The translations under genes and the position numbers were made by a program. Below, one piece after another: positions 49,880-58,748 of a DNA stretch of 64,000 nucleotides. The DNA comes from Candidatus Multivoradales bacterium (lineage in GTDB: Bacteria; Acidobacteriota; Thermoanaerobaculia; Multivoradales; JAHEKO01): the NCBI GenBank assembly GCA_965248055.1, contig CBDFIJ010000004.1, positions 1,952,001-2,016,000 of the forward strand, given 5' to 3'. The notes below the pieces were generated by a model. That model worked only from the letters and a program-made list of their open reading frames with translations. It was not told the origin of the DNA and searched no databases. Numbering within the stretch: position 1 is the stretch's first letter; each line of letters begins with the position of its first letter.

Positions 49880-51307
49880 ATGCCATCTGACGAGATTGGC
49901 CTAGCCGAGTTGACTTACCTAGCACGTCAACGCTGGAAGTTGATCACTGGGTGTGCAGCAATCTTTGGGCTGCTCACCTGGGGGTGGTTTCAGCTCGTGG
50001 TTGACCCCAAATTCTCTGGGACGGCGAGCGTTATTGTTCGGCCTTCTCTCGATGAATCGACAGCGGCGATGAACACAGTGGATGTCTATCGGACCATTCT
50101 GGAGAGCGAGGCGGTGGTTCAAGAAACGACTACCCGGCTGCAAGACGCAGGAATGCTTAGGAAGAACCAACAGATTCGCCAAGGGCGTGATCTACAGGCG
50201 AAAGTTGAGAAAAGCTCCAGTCGCTCCAAAGAAGCCGTACCGATTTTGCAGCTCTCCGGTCTGGCAGATAGTCCAGAGTTAGCGGCGGCACTAGCCAATA
50301 CTTGGGCACAGGTTCTGACAGAGGAGAGTCGTCGAATTGTTCCAGCGGCAGCTTCTGAAGCAGGAGAAATACTCGCTATACAGATTCCCTCAACCCGCGA
50401 AGATCTTGAAAAAGTAGAACTTGACCGGACCCAAACCATGAATCGATTGGAGCTTGAAGAGGGGAGAGTTGCCGCCGAATGGGACCGTCGTATTTCAGCA
50501 GCAAAGAGCAGTGCCGCTCGTGGCATCGCTAGGTATCAGACTGAGACAAGGTTTCTTTTGGAGCAAGCAGCCGGTCTGTCAGGAGGGAAAGAGCACGCGC
50601 CAGTAACCGGAGAACAATCGAGCGGAATGCTCTCGGGAGACCGTATTCGAGCGAAACTACTGGAGGTTGTTTCGGTACGCGTACAACAGGCTCAAACTCC
50701 CAGGATATTGAGGTTGGAGAAATCCGCCACGGACGAAACGATGGCAGATTTCATCGCTACAGAAACCGACGTTCCAAGTTTTGATCAGACGGTTACAACA
50801 GAAGAAGTCAACCTTTTGTACGATCAACTAACCCTCCGCGCTTTGGACTTAGAGAATGCGTTGAAGCGCATGGCGTCTGACCAACTCGAATTGGTTTCAA
50901 CGGTTCTATCCGCGCTGCAAAAGATTCAACTTGAACGGGCCGCAGGAATGAACGCGCTGGTCGATAGTAGAGACCTAGAACTGAAGTTGTTGAATCGAAA
51001 TGGGTCCCGAGCCTTGGGCGAACTTGAACGCCACCGAGTTGACCAGCAGGCTGAATTTGCTCGTCAGCATGGACAGCTTACAGATCTATCCGCTCGCCTT
51101 ACGGCGCGGTATAACGCCGTTTCGGTTGGTCGACTCTTAGGCGAGGTTGAAGTTGTCCACCTAGCCGCTCCAGCAGTCGTCGACCGCAGGGCCGAGCCAA
51201 TTCAATTGCCACTGAAGATCGCGCTTGCGGTTTTCCTAGGAGCCGTGCTTGGTCTTATGGTTGCGTTGTTTCGTTCGGTTGGTCAACTAGAAACAACAGA
51301 ATCGTAA
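49880..51307 (+). CDS. Wzz-like chain-length determinant (polysaccharide co-polymerase)
   Basis: DEIGLAEL N-terminus, two terminal TM helices, long coiled coil, no kinase domain. Confidence 0.78.
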   Translation: MPSDEIGLAELTYLARQRWKLITGCAAIFGLLTWGWFQLVVDPKFSGTASVIVRPSLDESTAAMNTVDVYRTILESEAVVQETTTRLQDAGMLRKNQQIRQGRDLQAKVEKSSSRSKEAVPILQLSGLADSPELAAALANTWAQVLTEESRRIVPAAASEAGEILAIQIPSTREDLEKVELDRTQTMNRLELEEGRVAAEWDRRISAAKSSAARGIARYQTETRFLLEQAAGLSGGKEHAPVTGEQSSGMLSGDRIRAKLLEVVSVRVQQAQTPRILRLEKSATDETMADFIATETDVPSFDQTVTTEEVNLLYDQLTLRALDLENALKRMASDQLELVSTVLSALQKIQLERAAGMNALVDSRDLELKLLNRNGSRALGELERHRVDQQAEFARQHGQLTDLSARLTARYNAVSVGRLLGEVEVVHLAAPAVVDRRAEPIQLPLKIALAVFLGAVLGLMVALFRSVGQLETTES

Positions 51308-51724
51308 GGTTGGGGAGAGCGAGGAAGGCCTGGTTTCTTCAAGCCCAGACTGGCTGAACACACTAGCGTCGTGTTCGCTTCAATACAGCGGGGTATTTCT
51401 CCTCCGCAGCTTCAAAAGTAGGGCGCTGAGTGTTTTGCCGGAAGAAACCGTTGACTGAGAATTTGCGCGCCTTTGTTTGAGGCATTCCGATGGGAGGATT
51501 GAGATCGTGGCGTCCATCGTGATGGCTGACGGAATAAAGCTATTTCCATCTGCTTATGGAGTTGGGTAAATGCTCATCGTTTTGATTTCTCGTTAGTCTG
51601 TCGAAGCTCATCTAGATCACCAGATATGGTGGGTTGGAGTACTAGTTCTACTGCGCTGTCCCTATGCTAGGGTCCAGCTTAGTTACCACGGATGGGGTTG
51701 CCTGAAGCTCTTGTTAATTGAATA

Positions 51725-52969
51725 ATGCATGCAAAGAACAATTTGCTCACTGCCCCTCACAGTGACAAACCTCGGCATCGATTCAGCAAACAGCTTCTGC
51801 TCGCCATTGTAGCTACAGCCATCGGCGTGCTCGCTGCTGAGCTAGTTCTGCACCGCGCAGGGGTTAGAGATCGACGCGTACAGTCGAGATACCGGACCCC
51901 TCACCCAGTCTTTGGGTGGGCACCAGAAAGCGGTGCTTCGTACGTCAACCCTCTCCCTGAGGAGCAGGTTCATGTTGCCTACAACAGTAAAGGCTGGCGT
52001 GACCTAGAACGAGATATCGAGAAACCAGAAGGCACGTTTCGCATCGCGGTCCTTGGTGACTCTTTCATGGAGGGGTACTCTGTTAACTTCGAGGAAAGTT
52101 TCCACCGCCTTCTAGAGGACGCCCTTGACGGAAGATCCCGAGATGTCGAGGTGCTTAACTTCGGTGTCGGGGGTTACGGCACGTTGCAGGAGTATCTTGT
52201 CTATCGGGAGGCGGTTAGCAAGTACTCACCAGATCTTGTGCTTTTGGGTTTCTGTATGGGGAACGATCTACGCAACAATAGCCGCGAACTTGAGTCAAAG
52301 TTGGGTGCGGGAAAGTTCAAGACAGTAGCGCGCCCGTTTCTAGAAGCCTCGACCGATGCATGGAGAGTTGCTGAGACGGACAACGAAGCGGCTCAGCGTC
52401 GCTATCAAAGAGCACTAAAGGAGCGTCGCAGCATTTTGAGTCGTATATACCAGTCTTCGTCTGTCTTGCAGCTTCTCCGAGGTGCAGCAGCTAATCTATT
52501 GCGAACTCGGATTGGAGAAACTAGTGCTGACGATATGGATTTGGCTATGACCGGTGTGCACTATTGTGAAGAACCACCTGAGATTGCAGACGCTTGGGAC
52601 ACGACGAGCAGGATCCTTGTCCGTCTCCGCGATGAGGTAGCGGCCGACGGGGCAGATTTGGTCGTTTTTTCGGTTCCTTCGCGCCATGAGGTGAATCGCA
52701 GCTACATGCACCGTGTCCGTAGCGATAGCACTAACCCTGACCGCCTCTGCTTAGACGCGGCACCGGGGTTCGATCGACTTGATTCGGTGCTCGAAGAGCT
52801 TGGAATTGTAGGGGTTGAGCTGTTGGATGACTTCCGACGAGAGGCGGCTGAGGAGGAGCTTTTTCGTCGCAGCGATCAGCATTGGAACAGCCGTGCCCAT
52901 GAGACTGCAGTCAGCGCAGTGAAAGCAAGCCTGGATCAATGGGGTTTAGTGCCAAGGCAGGCTAACTAA
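51725..52969 (+). CDS. SGNH/GDSL hydrolase-family membrane-anchored protein
   Basis: LGDSF, NFGVGGYG, GND, DQHWN motifs. Confidence 0.88.
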   Translation: MHAKNNLLTAPHSDKPRHRFSKQLLLAIVATAIGVLAAELVLHRAGVRDRRVQSRYRTPHPVFGWAPESGASYVNPLPEEQVHVAYNSKGWRDLERDIEKPEGTFRIAVLGDSFMEGYSVNFEESFHRLLEDALDGRSRDVEVLNFGVGGYGTLQEYLVYREAVSKYSPDLVLLGFCMGNDLRNNSRELESKLGAGKFKTVARPFLEASTDAWRVAETDNEAAQRRYQRALKERRSILSRIYQSSSVLQLLRGAAANLLRTRIGETSADDMDLAMTGVHYCEEPPEIADAWDTTSRILVRLRDEVAADGADLVVFSVPSRHEVNRSYMHRVRSDSTNPDRLCLDAAPGFDRLDSVLEELGIVGVELLDDFRREAAEEELFRRSDQHWNSRAHETAVSAVKASLDQWGLVPRQAN

Positions 52970-53360
52970 TACACTAAGTAAGACTGGATTGACCATCAAG
53001 CGTACCGGAAGATATGCCTGGGAACCTTTCGGTTGCGATGCCTTGGCCGTCGGCGCTGAGGTAGCTTACACATATGAGACAGAACGGCTATCCCTCCGAA
53101 ACTCCGGTATCAGATAGACGCCACTCAGAGAATTCACGTCACCGTTGAACCTTGCTAGCTTCAATGTCTATGTTTTGTTGCGTCATCGACGCAACCCCTG
53201 TTCGCTTTGCGAACCAGATGTCAGGTTCAGACTTGAGTCTCCGCTTGCTTCATAAGAAGCATAATCCTATGGCTGCGCGTCATCGCGATTCCCACTGTAA
53301 CTTAGGATTGGGTCTCCTTTTGGTCAGAGATGGGGGTAGCTTGCGTGGCGCACACTCGGC

Positions 53361-53558
53361 CTAGAAGAGAGTGTAGATGAACGGGGCAAGACCACTGCCG
53401 CCAGCGACTAACAGGGCGCTGACGAGCAACAGTACAACGATTATCGGTGTCATCCACCAGCGCTTGTTCTCCATCAGGAATCCAGCGAACTCAGCGATGA
53501 AAGACTTGCGCTTCTGGGTAGCTGCACGTTCGAATTCGCGAGAGTTTGGTGAAGACAT
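53361..53558 (-). CDS. DUF5989/SxtK-like small membrane protein
   Basis: KRWWMTPII...APFIYTLF signature. Confidence 0.88.
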   Translation of the reverse strand: MSSPNSREFERAATQKRKSFIAEFAGFLMENKRWWMTPIIVVLLLVSALLVAGGSGLAPFIYTLF

Positions 53559-53592
53559 CGACTAGATTTCCTTTCGGCGTGTCTTAAGGCTA

Positions 53593-54003
53593 TCAGAACT
53601 GTCGGAAGTAGCTAGCAGCCGACCGCTTAGTTTGCCGCGAGGCCCAATAGGTGTTTGCCTCTGGTTCCAAACCTCGATGGAGCGAATCGCGACCGAAAAC
53701 CCTAAATATGAGCCCGATGGGAGTGACTATTAGATAGTAAGCGAAGGCCAAAGTTAGCGTGCCTACTACCATACCGATGGGGTACGCGATTAGAGTCAAG
53801 GCAATAAAAAGTGGCTTCAGAACGGGTGGAGTGAACCAGCCAACGAAAGCAACCATTGGACCCGTCACCCAGAGTACGGATGAGATCACGTTCATTCCCG
53901 TCTTGGACCAAAGGACCGCCCCCAAGACCAAACTGGCAACAAGAAAAGCGCTGCCAAATTGACGGAGTTGACGATTGGTGGGGTGCCAGTTGATATCGAT
54001 CAT
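53593..54003 (-). CDS. SxtJ-family membrane protein
   Basis: LRQFG, YYLIVTPIGL, TYW, RQF signature. Confidence 0.85.
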   Translation of the reverse strand: MIDINWHPTNRQLRQFGSAFLVASLVLGAVLWSKTGMNVISSVLWVTGPMVAFVGWFTPPVLKPLFIALTLIAYPIGMVVGTLTLAFAYYLIVTPIGLIFRVFGRDSLHRGLEPEANTYWASRQTKRSAASYFRQF

Positions 54004-54012
54004 CCAGTATTC

Positions 54013-55851
54013 CTAGTCGAGGTCAAAGCTTTCGATGTACTCGCGCGTTTCCCCTTTTGTGAGCAGTTGAGGCTGCTCCTCCTTGAGCATCACAAACGAC
54101 TCAAGTACCAAGACATCCATGTTGGTTGCCATGAAGCAACGGTAGGCGTCTTCAGGGGTACAAACGATTGGTTCACCTCGGATGTTGAACGAAGTATTAA
54201 TAGCCACAGGGCAACCGGTAATCTCGTAAAATCGCTCTAAAAGCGGCCGGAATGGACCACTGCGTTCGGCGTCAACCGTCTGGACTCGTGCTGAGTAATC
54301 GACATGGGTGATAGCTGGAATCTCCGATCGCGACACTTTGAGCTTATCGAGCCCTTGCGCATCCACAGCTTCACTATCGAGTTGCACTCGCTTTTCATCA
54401 CGGACATCTGCTACTAGCAGCATATACGGGCTCTCTTGCCCAGCTTCGAACTCAAAGAATTCATGATTGTGTTCTGCGAGTACGATGGGTGCAAAGGGGC
54501 GAAATGATTCCCGAAACTTGATCTTGACGTTCATGGTCAACTGCATGGCTCGGCTTCGGGCATCGCCGACGATCGAGCGCGCACCAAGTGCGCGCGGCCC
54601 GAACTCCATTCGGCCTGCGAAGTAACCGACTACCTTCTCGCTAGCCATTAACTGCGCCACGCGATCGTAGAGTGCCTCACCGTTGAACTGGTGGTAAACA
54701 GCGCCGACCGAGTCCAGGTGCTCGCGAATTTGGTCTACGGAGAAACGAGGTCCTAAGAGCGAACCATGTTGGCCGTCAGGGCTGGACGACGAACGTTTGT
54801 TGTCAAGGAGCTGATACCAAACGAAGAGTGCAGCCCCTAGTGCGCCGCCAGCGTCACCAGCGGCAGGTTGGATCCAAATTGAGTCGAACGGGCTTTCCCG
54901 CAGCAGGCGACCGTTGGCTACGCAGTTCAACGCTACGCCACCAGCAAGGACCAAGTTAGTTTGCCCTGTTTTTTGGTGGACGTACTGCGCCACCCGCATC
55001 ATGATTTCTTCAGTCACCGCCTGGATTGAAGCAGCAAGGTCCATTTCGCGTTGAGTTAGCTCGCCTTCAGGCTGCCTTGGCGGACCGCCAAAGAGCTGAT
55101 GGAACCTCCTCGAGGTCATGGTTAACCCCTGGCAGTAATTGAAGTACGACATGTCCATGCGGAACGAGCCGTCTTCTTTTAGGTCCAACAAGTGCTTGAG
55201 GATTAGGTCTTTGTACCGTGGCTCACCGTAAGGTGCGAGACCCATTAACTTGTACTCGCCACTGTTGACGCGAAAACCTGTGTAGTACGTAAACGCTGAG
55301 TACAAGAGTCCTAGTGAATGCGGGAACCGCAGTTCATGTGTGAGTTCGATTTGGTTACCTTGGCCTGAACCAAAGCTCGCCGTAGCCCATTCGCCAACCC
55401 CGTCCATAGTCAGGATCGCAGCTTCTTCGAAAGGTGACGGGAAAAAAGCGCTGGCGGCGTGCGATTCATGGTGTTCGGTGAAGACGTAGCGGCCGTCGAA
55501 GCGTCTGTCGAGACCGCGGTCGATCTGCCGCGGCAGCCACAGCTTTTCCTTGAGCCAGAGCGGCATAGCCTTACGAAAGGAACGGAAACCTACCGGTGAG
55601 TAGGCTACGTACGTTTCGAGCAAACGCTCAAACTTAAGTAGAGGCTTGTCGTAGAAAGCAACGTGGCCGAGGTTTTCGGGCTCAATGCCAGCTTCGGAGA
55701 GACAGTAATCAATGGCATTTCGCGGAAAGCTGTGGTCGTGTTTGTTACGAGTGAAACGCTCTTCTTGAGCTGCGGCTACAATTTCTCCATCCACCACCAG
55801 AGCGGCGGCAGAATCATGATAGAAGGCCGATATACCTAGGATGGAGGTCAT
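54013..55851 (-). CDS. O-carbamoyltransferase (NodU/CmcH/SxtI family)
   Basis: GISAFYHDSAA, EHHESHA, GEYKLMGLAPYG, GGVALNC, EFGPRALG, RESFRPFAP, NTSFN. Confidence 0.95.
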   Translation of the reverse strand: MTSILGISAFYHDSAAALVVDGEIVAAAQEERFTRNKHDHSFPRNAIDYCLSEAGIEPENLGHVAFYDKPLLKFERLLETYVAYSPVGFRSFRKAMPLWLKEKLWLPRQIDRGLDRRFDGRYVFTEHHESHAASAFFPSPFEEAAILTMDGVGEWATASFGSGQGNQIELTHELRFPHSLGLLYSAFTYYTGFRVNSGEYKLMGLAPYGEPRYKDLILKHLLDLKEDGSFRMDMSYFNYCQGLTMTSRRFHQLFGGPPRQPEGELTQREMDLAASIQAVTEEIMMRVAQYVHQKTGQTNLVLAGGVALNCVANGRLLRESPFDSIWIQPAAGDAGGALGAALFVWYQLLDNKRSSSSPDGQHGSLLGPRFSVDQIREHLDSVGAVYHQFNGEALYDRVAQLMASEKVVGYFAGRMEFGPRALGARSIVGDARSRAMQLTMNVKIKFRESFRPFAPIVLAEHNHEFFEFEAGQESPYMLLVADVRDEKRVQLDSEAVDAQGLDKLKVSRSEIPAITHVDYSARVQTVDAERSGPFRPLLERFYEITGCPVAINTSFNIRGEPIVCTPEDAYRCFMATNMDVLVLESFVMLKEEQPQLLTKGETREYIESFDLD

Positions 55852-56362
55852 TGTTTGTAAGGGCAATTTGGAGCAGCAACGCCTTGAGCCTGCGCCCGCG
55901 CAACGAACGTATTGTTTGGTTTGGTCTCCTTGATGAAGCGAGATTGCGATATGACGAACCCCGATGTCGATTCAGGCGAATTCTACCTCAGTTCCCCGAT
56001 TTCGATATCTGCACCGTTTGCATAAGTTTCTTGATTTGAGGATGCGTTGTTTTCTATCGGGTCAGCAAGCGATTGTAAGAAGCTGTTACTCCCCGCGGAA
56101 CAAGATGGAGCAAGAGGTCAATTCGTAAACAAGCGGTTTCCAAATTGGTGACGCGCCGCTGTCGTACAGGCACAGACCTCCTTGCTGACCCACCACGTTA
56201 GGGCTACCCAAGTGGCGAGGACATTTCCTGGGCTAATAACCCCTTTTGACATGGATGCTCCCCTCGACGCTTCCGTTGAAAGATTCAAGAAGGATGCACT
56301 TTGTAAGCTGCGTGCATAACCTCGCGGCGCTTTCCTGCATTTCCAGCTCTCGGAACCGGTAC

Positions 56363-56394
56363 AAAAAGGGACCAGGGATTGTTTCCCTGGCCCT
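56363..56394 (-). terminator. Intrinsic terminator after the S74 fibre gene
   Basis: Minus strand AGGGCCAGGGA-loop-TCCCTGGTCCCT followed by a T run. Confidence 0.65.
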
Positions 56395-56419
56395 CATTGC
56401 TAGTCGAACTTGCCAAAAA

Positions 56420-57082
56420 CTATTGGTCGCTGAGTTTGAGCTCCAACTGCTCAAGGCGCTGGGTCAAGGCGTCGATTTGTTGGTCTCTATCTTGGACCAT
56501 TTGATACAGCCCTTGTACTGCTGCGATGGTGACGCCGTTGGTGTCGAGAAGAGAAATTCGCTTGTTGTCAGCACCGGTCCCAAACGCGGAGTGAAAATCT
56601 TCTGCCATCGGACCAATGTGGCGAATCCCTGATTGATCGTTGATGAAATTCCACTCGGTAATCGGTAGCCCAAGAACTTTGTCGAGGACCTCTCTTTGAT
56701 TCAGAGGAAGGAAATTTTCCTTGAGACTCTTAGATGAGGTGGGCGTGAAATCCGTGGCTTTGATCGTGCCGCCCACAATCATGGTGCTTGCTGTTCCCCC
56801 AGTGGTGAGCGTGAACTCAGTCAGACCCGTGCCGATTCGACTAATGAGGAAGTTGCCAGCGTTGTTCGATTTGAAGTTCCAGGTGGCGCCATCTGACTCA
56901 AAAAGAAAGGAGGCGGCGCCACCAGTTTTCTTCACGTGAAGCGGACTGGTTGGGTTGTCGGTACCAATACCGACATTGTCGTTCTTGACAAAGAGTACCC
57001 CTTGAGCGGATGCGGCGACCGGCATCAAAGCCAGGGTCAAGATGGCTAACAAGGCTATGGTGATTTTTGGTGTCTGTTTCAT
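56420..57082 (-). CDS. Secreted mini tail-fibre protein with peptidase S74 intramolecular chaperone
   Basis: Signal peptide ending ASA|Q, NVGIGTDNPTSPLHV repeat, TSSKSLKENF, HIGPMAEDF, C-terminal coiled coil; GGAGG RBS. Confidence 0.82.
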   Translation of the reverse strand: MKQTPKITIALLAILTLALMPVAASAQGVLFVKNDNVGIGTDNPTSPLHVKKTGGAASFLFESDGATWNFKSNNAGNFLISRIGTGLTEFTLTTGGTASTMIVGGTIKATDFTPTSSKSLKENFLPLNQREVLDKVLGLPITEWNFINDQSGIRHIGPMAEDFHSAFGTGADNKRISLLDTNGVTIAAVQGLYQMVQDRDQQIDALTQRLEQLELKLSDQ

Positions 57083-57103
57083 TCGATGCCTCCTCTGGGC
57101 GAG

Positions 57104-57850
57104 TTATGTTTTTGTCCTTGAACGGACTTCTTTTTCCGGAATGGCTCCATTATCTTTCACGGAAGTAGGAGCCTTCCTCCCGTTGTTTTTTCTACTATTT
57201 TGTTCGTGGGCCAGTTCAATTCTAAAGTCCGCATTGGCCGCAATCGAAAAACCATCTCCAAGCACGACCGAATCCCCAGCTCGAAAGGTGACGTCACCAC
57301 CACTTTCAACCGTGACGCCAGTCGCGGTCAAACCGCCTTCACTTTCGATGAGATGAGTTCCGTTGAACTGATTGCCGACAAGAGCTCGCGAGGCGAGTGT
57401 ATCTGGTGAAATCATTGGGCTTCGTGTGACCCAAGTTAGGGTAACCGCGAGCAGAAGGACTGCCGCGAGGGCTGCACGGTAAAAGTAAGTACGATTCAGC
57501 AGTCGAGGCTGAGAGGTCGAAAATGTTGCTTCGAAGGCACCCCTGGTGACTTCAAGTTGATCGCGGCAGCTTTCACAGTTCGTACAGTGGTTTTCAATGG
57601 AGCTCGCATCTTCAGTCGAAAGGGAGCTTGGATACATCGCAAAGTGCGCTATCCGATCGCTCGAAGGATGCTCTTCACTGAGAACCTCGGCAATGAATTG
57701 ATAGGTGTGAGACCAGTCTTGACACTCGGTGCAGCTCTCTACGTGGGTGTTCAGCAGTAAAGAGTCTCGAGCTGGCGATCCACCACCCCAGGCTTGTCGA
57801 GTCATGATCGCGACGGCTTCCTGATGATCGATTGCGGTTTTCAAAGACAT
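57104..57850 (-). CDS. Zinc-finger anti-sigma factor with TM helix and extracytoplasmic beta domain
   Basis: HVESCTEC and HCTNCESC (two HxxxCxxC motifs), TM helix, GDVTFRAGDSVVLGDGFS; abuts the sigma gene. Confidence 0.78.
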   Translation of the reverse strand: MSLKTAIDHQEAVAIMTRQAWGGGSPARDSLLLNTHVESCTECQDWSHTYQFIAEVLSEEHPSSDRIAHFAMYPSSLSTEDASSIENHCTNCESCRDQLEVTRGAFEATFSTSQPRLLNRTYFYRAALAAVLLLAVTLTWVTRSPMISPDTLASRALVGNQFNGTHLIESEGGLTATGVTVESGGDVTFRAGDSVVLGDGFSIAANADFRIELAHEQNSRKNNGRKAPTSVKDNGAIPEKEVRSRTKT

Positions 57851-58462
57851 CTAGGTTCTACTCTCGTTGCGGGGCACAATGTGTAAATCGTTGCCGCGAA
57901 GTTTTCTCGCAAGGATTTCTTGCGCTCGCCCAACGCAGCGATGCATCTGCACCCGAAGCGCTCCTGGACTCTTGCCCAGCAGTGTTTCCAGGTCACGATA
58001 TGGCTTGTTCATGCCTAGGTGCAGATAGATCAAATCTCGGCATGGCCTATCCAGTTTTGCCAGGGTTGATTGCAGTAAATCTTCACGTTCTTGCTGAAGC
58101 AGAGATGCCATTGGACTGGGTGTGCTTGAGGGCAGTTCGAAATCGAGTTGGTCGATGTTTTTTTTTGTTCGCAGCCAATCGATACACCTGCGACCAGCAA
58201 CAACGGCGGCGAACCCCATGAAATTCCTCTGGGAATCGAAACTTGAACGGTTAACTGCTTGCCAGAGTTGCGTCATGACGTCTTGAACCAGATCTCTCCG
58301 TTCTTCGGCTGGAATGCGGTAACCGCGAAACCCGACAATCTTTTCCACCTGAGCTCGGACTTCTTGCACGGCGTCTGGAGATCCAGCTTGAAACTCTTTA
58401 GCGACATTGCGTTGTACGTCATCCTTCAACTGCGTGATCGGTCTTTGAACATCTCTCGTCAT
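57851..58462 (-). CDS. ECF-type RNA polymerase sigma factor
   Basis: DLVQDV, RRCIDWLR region 2; region 4 HTH ending GALRVQMHRC. Confidence 0.88.
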   Translation of the reverse strand: MTRDVQRPITQLKDDVQRNVAKEFQAGSPDAVQEVRAQVEKIVGFRGYRIPAEERRDLVQDVMTQLWQAVNRSSFDSQRNFMGFAAVVAGRRCIDWLRTKKNIDQLDFELPSSTPSPMASLLQQEREDLLQSTLAKLDRPCRDLIYLHLGMNKPYRDLETLLGKSPGALRVQMHRCVGRAQEILARKLRGNDLHIVPRNESRT

Positions 58463-58748
58463 CTATATATATCGATAGGGGGGTCTCGATGTTACATGTC
58501 ATTTGTCAGCAATTCGCAGGCCCGGCAGTATTTGCTTCACCGCCCGCAAACTACCAAGACACCTGGATCAGGCACTTGGTACCATGCAGGGCGGAACTCG
58601 ACTCGGCTAGACGGGCGTGGTTCTTGGTTCCAGTGAGGATGGTTGGAAGAGTTTTTTCCGTGGAAAAGTACTAGTCGAAGATAGCAAACAAGAAGCACAG
58701 TCAATTCAACTGTAAGGCCCATAATTGTCTTTGTCAGAAAATGGAAAA

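Noticed and set aside
51308-51724. ncRNA or ops/JUMPStart element in the long spacers of the glycan locus (also 46836-47264, 52970-53360, 55870-56360)
   Set aside because: No exact GGCGGTAG ops motif, known RNA motif or convincing long hairpin was recognised by eye; an Rfam scan would be needed
44222-55851. Saxitoxin biosynthesis cluster
   Set aside because: Only sxtI/J/K/L-like genes and generic sulfotransferases are present; no sxtA, sxtG or sxtB core genes, and the context is polysaccharide synthesis
28401-57082. Prophage or tailocin
   Set aside because: The fibre-like proteins carry signal peptides; no integrase, capsid, terminase, sheath, tube, baseplate or lysis genes were seen
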